Shown in pieces: positions 58,994 to 64,000 of a stretch of 64,000 nucleotides of DNA; position 1 is the first letter of the stretch; each line of letters starts with the position of its first letter. The position numbers and the translations under genes are program-made. The stretch is taken from positions 62,001 to 126,000 of IMG/VR virus record IMGVR_UViG_3300042402_002641. The stretch is one strand, 5' to 3'. The notes below the pieces were generated by a model. It saw nothing but the letters and a program-made list of their open reading frames with translations. It was not told where the DNA came from and made no database searches.

Positions 58994-59303
58994 TTTAAAT
59001 GCCTCCTTGTGTTATGCCTAAAATGTTTATATGCCTTATGCACATGTTTTATTATGCGCTTTTTATTTATCAAGGTCAATGATTATCTATGTGTTTTTTG
59101 ATTTTGTTTTGCCAAAAGAAAAAGTGGGTCAAGCCCACTTTTCCTTATACTTGGCCAGTGCCAGTTGTCTTGCTCGCCATAATCTCCATACTACGTAATC
59201 AGATAGATCATCATCTACTATCTCGCCAAACTTGCGTGACTGGAGATTACGACCAAAAACAATCTCATCATCTATGACAAGACTGTTTTGTTCTAGATCA
59301 AGA

Positions 59304-59510
59304 TTACTTAGCTGCTGGCTTTGCGTCTGCCTTAGCTGCGTCTTTCTTAGCAGGTTCACTTTTGGCAGGCTTCTTTTCGTCCTTCTTGGCATCTGCTTTA
59401 GCTGGAGCGGCAGCAGGAGCGGTTGGCTTGGCTTCTTCTTTCTTGGCAGGTGCCTGAGCAAATGCTGATACTGCGAACAACGATGCTACTACGATTGCGA
59501 TTGATTTCAT
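59304..59510 (-). CDS. Small secreted Ala/Lys/Pro-rich protein
   Basis: Signal peptide MKSIAIVVASLFAVSAFA, then low-complexity PAK/KKD repeats. Confidence 0.7.
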   Translation of the reverse strand: MKSIAIVVASLFAVSAFAQAPAKKEEAKPTAPAAAPAKADAKKDEKKPAKSEPAKKDAAKADAKPAAK

Positions 59511-59600
59511 TTTAAAGTTTCCTTTAGTTATATACAGAAAACTATCTGTATACTATATATAACGTCTTTGTGCGTATTTTCGTTTACATTTGATTTAGCC

Positions 59601-59625
59601 AAAAGAAAGGGCACCGAAGTGCCCG
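59601..59625 (-). terminator. Intrinsic terminator
   Basis: Minus strand GGGCAC-TTCG-GTGCCC-TTTCTTTT. Confidence 0.75.
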
Positions 59626-59644
59626 ATCTAACTGCGACGAAACT

Positions 59645-61684
59645 TTAATAGCCTGCTAATTCTCTAATACGAGCCAGTTCTGCGATCTGTGGATCTTGTT
59701 GTTGTGGAGCCATGCGTTCGACCATTTTGCGAGCAACCATTTCTGCCTGTTCACCAAACTTCTTGCCTACCATAATAACGACGCCTTCTGGGCCTTTGGG
59801 GAATGTACCTGAATCACGATCATAGAAGCTGTGAATAAATTCTGCTAATTCTTGTACGTTCATTTTAGACTGCATGCCTCGCTGTGCTAGTGCTCTAGCA
59901 CTATCTTGACCTGTGCGGTTTGGATTATTGGGCTTTTTAAAATTTGACTTTTCATCGTCATCAGTATCCCAAGGAGGAGATTTTTCATCATCCTTTTCGT
60001 TATCAGCTTCGCCCATACCTAGTTCTTTCTTTCTACGTGCTAGCCCAGCGGAACTCGTTGGCGATTTTGTTTTTTCATCTTCGAGATCCTTCAAAGTCAG
60101 TGGATCATCACCTTTCTGTTTGCGTAGATATGCAGGAACATCACTTTTATTTGGGCCGCCGGCCTGCGTAGATTCCTGTGGCACTGGTTCTTCTGCAGGC
60201 ACAGCCGCTGCTGCCGGATCAACTGCTACTGGTTCTTCTTCCGGGGCAGTTTGGTCACCTCCTTGGGCTGCTTCCGGCTCTGTTACCATATCACCAAAAT
60301 CCAACTGCTCTAGTATTTCTGGAGCATTGAGTTGTAGCCAACTCTGTATCTGTTCGCGCATATCTGTGTCAGAATCTTCGACTGACAGTTCTTTGATTCT
60401 TTTGTATAACTCAGGATCTTCAATTATGCCTTTGAGACTCTCTATAGCATTCGTACCATCTACACCTGCTGGAAAAGGTTGGCTGACCAATTCCTGTAGT
60501 TCCTGTACTGCTGTTGCCTGTTCATCTGGATCTTCTGAAGTAATAGCCGATGCTTCTCCAAGACCCATAACCCATGATTCAAACTGATCAAATGGATCGT
60601 AGGCATCTTCACTTACTTCAAGATCTTCGTTGGCTATTTCTTCTTGTGTCATTGCGACTATGTCGTCGTAGCCTATGGTGTTTCCTTCTTTCATCAGTCT
60701 ATACAACACAGGAAACACTGATGCGATATCTTCTTTGAATGATTTTACAGTGAATTTTTCTTTGAAATCTTCTACCACGTCCTGTGGAATTTCTTCACTG
60801 TCATAGGCCTGGAAGTTTTCTTTATATGCTTCATAATGGCTCTGTTTGCTCAGTGCCTTGATCTGCTCACGCAGTTGATTTAGATATGCGGTTGATCTTT
60901 CCACGACTGAATTAGTGTCCGAGTTCATTAGATCGTTGCGTACCACATAGTTGCCGAAACTTTTTAACTGTGCGATTTCTTCGCTCATGCCAATGATGCT
61001 TTTGCCTAGATCGTCATAGGGAACTCCGCCATTGGCCACATGTCGTTGCATGGCTCTTGCACCTGCTAGATGGATGAACGGATATTTAAATCTTTCACCG
61101 TCTTGATTTTCCACAAACAAGGCGCCGATGTGGCGTGTTCTTGCACCAGGTTGATTTTCATCCATGACCGCTTGATTGTGTTTGATAATCAATCTAGTAT
61201 CCATTAGTTTTTGGTAGCTCATGGTTCTGCTGCCATACATGTTGCTTTCTGCCATCATACTTTCTCCGACTGGTTTTTGTATAGTGTTCTGCTTGGTCTG
61301 CTTGGGCTGTGAGTTCTGCACTAGAAATTCGTAGTCCCTGCGATCCAGATTATCTTTGGCAATGTCTCTGGTATCGAAACTCAGCAGTCTGCGTTTAGCG
61401 AACTGGCGTAGTTCTTTGAGAAACCCGTACCAATTGACCTTTTGTTTTTCATCCATACCTTCAGAAATACCGTGGCTGAAATACACCTTCATCGAGTTAG
61501 GCTCTGCAAGACTGATACTGACATGTCCTATGGGGGTCTTTCCTTCCATGTAGTCAAAATCAAAAAATCGAGCTTCTTCAGGATTAATGGTAATTTCCCC
61601 GGTTTCCGCGCCTAGTTTAAGGCCAGAAAAGCGGCTGCGTACCTTGTAGAATAAATCTGTTGCTATGTTATTTCTTGCGTCCAT
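59645..61684 (-). CDS. Large acidic hypothetical protein, probably virion/head-associated
   Basis: 679 aa downstream of terminase; TAAATA-N5-ATG; ends ELARIRELAGY. Confidence 0.6.
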   Translation of the reverse strand: MDARNNIATDLFYKVRSRFSGLKLGAETGEITINPEEARFFDFDYMEGKTPIGHVSISLAEPNSMKVYFSHGISEGMDEKQKVNWYGFLKELRQFAKRRLLSFDTRDIAKDNLDRRDYEFLVQNSQPKQTKQNTIQKPVGESMMAESNMYGSRTMSYQKLMDTRLIIKHNQAVMDENQPGARTRHIGALFVENQDGERFKYPFIHLAGARAMQRHVANGGVPYDDLGKSIIGMSEEIAQLKSFGNYVVRNDLMNSDTNSVVERSTAYLNQLREQIKALSKQSHYEAYKENFQAYDSEEIPQDVVEDFKEKFTVKSFKEDIASVFPVLYRLMKEGNTIGYDDIVAMTQEEIANEDLEVSEDAYDPFDQFESWVMGLGEASAITSEDPDEQATAVQELQELVSQPFPAGVDGTNAIESLKGIIEDPELYKRIKELSVEDSDTDMREQIQSWLQLNAPEILEQLDFGDMVTEPEAAQGGDQTAPEEEPVAVDPAAAAVPAEEPVPQESTQAGGPNKSDVPAYLRKQKGDDPLTLKDLEDEKTKSPTSSAGLARRKKELGMGEADNEKDDEKSPPWDTDDDEKSNFKKPNNPNRTGQDSARALAQRGMQSKMNVQELAEFIHSFYDRDSGTFPKGPEGVVIMVGKKFGEQAEMVARKMVERMAPQQQDPQIAELARIRELAGY

Positions 61685-61695
61685 AAGTATATTTA

Positions 61696-63282
61696 TCAAA
61701 GGCCCATGCTAACAAAGATTGGCATAGGCATGCTTTCTTCGGAGACTTTTTCAGTCATTTTATCGTAGATCTGTGGATCCCAATCAGCTAACACATCGGC
61801 CATGCGTATGATTAACAGTGTGCTGGATACGAGATCGTCGTGTTCACCGCTTTTGGCCTTGAAACCCAACCCTGTGGCCACAAAGGTCTTGAGTTCTGAA
61901 ATCAAGGGCTTTGATTTCAAACTCATTTTATTAGTTTCGATGAGATTTTTTAACTGACTGCAGGCAGTGATCTTTGAACGGTGCGTGGTGTTGAACCCTT
62001 TTCGGAACTTGCGTATGTGTCCTTTGCGTATAGGTTCGCTGAGAAACAGACCGTAGAAGTTTTCTTCGCCTATGTCGTTGATCACTATCAACGCAGCTTC
62101 ACCGAGGCTGTTGTTTTCCACTGAATAATAGATCTGCGGTACACCGCCCTGTTCTTCTCCACGGTCGTGTATGTATCTCAGTATTTCCCGCATGTGTTTG
62201 ACCTGCTGCTGCACTGGAGTCTGGTTATGATGCCATTCTGCTACCTGAGTCATCGTAGGCATTTCATAGACCTGTATAGCACCATAATCTCCACCAGTGC
62301 CTAGGCTGGGATCTAGAGCCACTAGATAAGTGGCCTTGTAGTCTACGTCCTTGTACCAGCGTGTCTGTCCCATGGTCATCACAGGATCTGAGCCGGCGAG
62401 CTCAACCAGTTTCACAGAGTTGATTAGGGTTTCATCAAAAATCAAGAATTCGCATTCAAACTCACGGCGGAAACGTTCTTCACCAATTTTAGATCTTTCT
62501 TGGTTGGCCCAGGCATCATCTCGATCTGGATGCTCCGACCAATGAGCTGTATATGAAGCAAATCCGTTTTGTCCTACATCAGCTTCGTTACCAAACTCAT
62601 CAAATTTTTTGTTAGCCTCGGCCCATATCAACGCAAACTGATCTTCGTCTGAGTTTGGGGTTGATGTGATTATACACTTACCGCCAGTGGCTAGTGTAGG
62701 GCTTAATGCAGTCCAGAATTCTTTGGCCTTTTCGGGAGGTTGCACGAACGCAAACTCATCGCAGTAGATCAATGAAAGAGATTTACCACGACCAGTGTTT
62801 TCTGTTGTAGTTGTGGCCTGTATCCTAGCACCGTTGTCATATTCAATGGTGTTTCTATTATATGAATACACACCTGCACGTATGAAGTCTGGTAGATTTT
62901 CGTAGCCAAATCGATATCTATCCATGATGTCTTTGGCACCTTCATATTTGTGGGCAGCTATCAATACCTGACAGTCTGGTATGAACATGGTGTACCAAAG
63001 CAGATAGCCAGTAGCACAGGTGGTCTTGCCCATCTGGCGAGGCAGCATGGCTATACACTGTCTATTGGTGTGTATGCTTTTTATCAATCTTTCTTGATAT
63101 TCGTAGGGTTCGAAATTAATAGCGCCACGAGTTGGATGCTGTATCTTTAAAAAATTGGTGCAGAAATACAAAGGTCCTGTAACAGGATCCAAGCAGGCTT
63201 CAAGATGCTTGACCTCATCCATTGTGTATTTGGTCTGAGCGTGAGCCTTTTTAATCAGTACGCCGTCGAGTGATTTTCCCAT
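61696..63282 (-). CDS. Terminase large subunit (T4 gp17-like)
   Basis: YEYQ, PRQMGKT, GRGKS, YCDEFAFV, ITSTPN, nuclease LDPS.G.G.D, HDDLV. Confidence 0.95.
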   Translation of the reverse strand: MGKSLDGVLIKKAHAQTKYTMDEVKHLEACLDPVTGPLYFCTNFLKIQHPTRGAINFEPYEYQERLIKSIHTNRQCIAMLPRQMGKTTCATGYLLWYTMFIPDCQVLIAAHKYEGAKDIMDRYRFGYENLPDFIRAGVYSYNRNTIEYDNGARIQATTTTENTGRGKSLSLIYCDEFAFVQPPEKAKEFWTALSPTLATGGKCIITSTPNSDEDQFALIWAEANKKFDEFGNEADVGQNGFASYTAHWSEHPDRDDAWANQERSKIGEERFRREFECEFLIFDETLINSVKLVELAGSDPVMTMGQTRWYKDVDYKATYLVALDPSLGTGGDYGAIQVYEMPTMTQVAEWHHNQTPVQQQVKHMREILRYIHDRGEEQGGVPQIYYSVENNSLGEAALIVINDIGEENFYGLFLSEPIRKGHIRKFRKGFNTTHRSKITACSQLKNLIETNKMSLKSKPLISELKTFVATGLGFKAKSGEHDDLVSSTLLIIRMADVLADWDPQIYDKMTEKVSEESMPMPIFVSMGL

Positions 63283-63296
63283 ATGTTTATTTAATG

Positions 63297-63324
63297 AAAA
63301 AAATAGGCTCCGGAGAGCCTATTT
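63297..63324 (-). terminator. Intrinsic terminator
   Basis: AATAGGCTC-CGGA-GAGCCTATT hairpin with T tract on minus strand. Confidence 0.75.
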
Positions 63325-63340
63325 GGATATGTAGATATAA

Positions 63341-64000
63341 TTAAGTTGTTGGCAGAGTGGTACCGTCTATAGCAGTCACTGTGACATCTGTGTGAGCTGC
63401 TTTTGGAGTAATGGGTGCTTTCACTGTCAATACTGCTTGTGTTTCAGCGCCTTGTGTTCCGTCATAGACTCTGTAACTCCTAGTGAATATGTCGCCTGCC
63501 CCAACTGCTGTACTAACATCGGTCACATAATCTTGATAGCCTTTGGTGATACCACGAACCACTAATTCTTCAATAGCCAACGCAGTTGTGCTGGTAGTAG
63601 TAGCTGAGCCTAATGTTTCGTGATCTGAATTTTTAGCAACACCACCTGTGGTTCTGCCTTCTGCGATCAAGAAATTTTGTACGTTGCCCAACACAAAGGC
63701 ATCTCTGTCATACTGCACGGTAAATGTTAGAGTAACTGTGACATCGTCTGCATTATCTAATGCGCTTGGGCCTGTAGATTCTAATTCTTCTATGTCTAAG
63801 ATTCTAAAATCACCACCACGACCTAGATTTTCTAAAATTCCTTGCCAGCGTAGATTGCCTCGCGCTCTGCGTTGACCGTTAGCTAATGTAGTGTTTTGTG
63901 TTGCAAATGCACTGCTGTCTCTGGTTTCTACACCGCCTGCATCTGTGTCAGCTGCTGTGCTGGAATATCCTGAGAGATCGATCACAACACGGTATAGGCC
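63341..64000 (-). CDS. Putative virion structural protein (5' truncated by window edge)
   Basis: T/A/V-rich; frame continues to window end. Confidence 0.55.
   Translation of the reverse strand, partial: GLYRVVIDLSGYSSTAADTDAGGVETRDSSAFATQNTTLANGQRRARGNLRWQGILENLGRGGDFRILDIEELESTGPSALDNADDVTVTLTFTVQYDRDAFVLGNVQNFLIAEGRTTGGVAKNSDHETLGSATTTSTTALAIEELVVRGITKGYQDYVTDVSTAVGAGDIFTRSYRVYDGTQGAETQAVLTVKAPITPKAAHTDVTVTAIDGTTLPTT

Noticed and set aside
59913-60587. 224-aa plus-strand Ser-rich ORF and similar antisense ORFs (9659, 14048, 14487, 30437, 57470)
   Set aside because: Shadow frames opposite confident genes, with no start signals.
30433-63282. Introns or inteins in helicase, primase, UvsW, UvsX or terminase
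   Set aside because: ORFs are continuous and of ordinary length with no evident splicing motifs.

Overview
A 64-kb segment of a large lytic T4-like (Caudoviricetes, myovirus-type) phage, probably infecting a Proteobacterium. (i) 1-6.5 kb: ATP-dependent DNA ligase, host-type genes (TraR/DksA, AlgH/YqgE, PBP7-like peptidase S11, 2OG-Fe(II) oxygenase, alpha/beta hydrolase). (ii) 7.1-23.3 kb: two tRNAs, then an all-plus-strand early/host-takeover array of short genes, with about 25 near-consensus sigma70 promoters, two AAA ATPases and a vWA metallopeptidase. (iii) 23.4-30 kb: small genes, BI-1/YccA, flavin halogenase, oxygenases. (iv) 29.5-64 kb, mostly minus strand: T4-like core (gp41 helicase, primase, UvsW, UvsY, UvsX, gp32, terminase large subunit) interleaved with a large sugar-synthesis/glycosyl/methyltransferase island and a 192-aa mini-DnaE. 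The most interesting signals are non-coding. Two 3'-UTR hairpin-plus-terminator elements display the identical loop AUUCGCUCC, which is complementary to the extended RBS GGAGCGA(A) shared by many early genes: a candidate phage anti-Shine-Dalgarno sRNA switch. Genes with the T4-late-type TAAATA box appear leaderless and would escape it. There is also a promoter-driven ~215-nt structured ncRNA, and a ~1.07-kb three-gene island with only one TC dinucleotide on the coding strand. All calls were made by eye from motifs; no database searches or folding programs were run.
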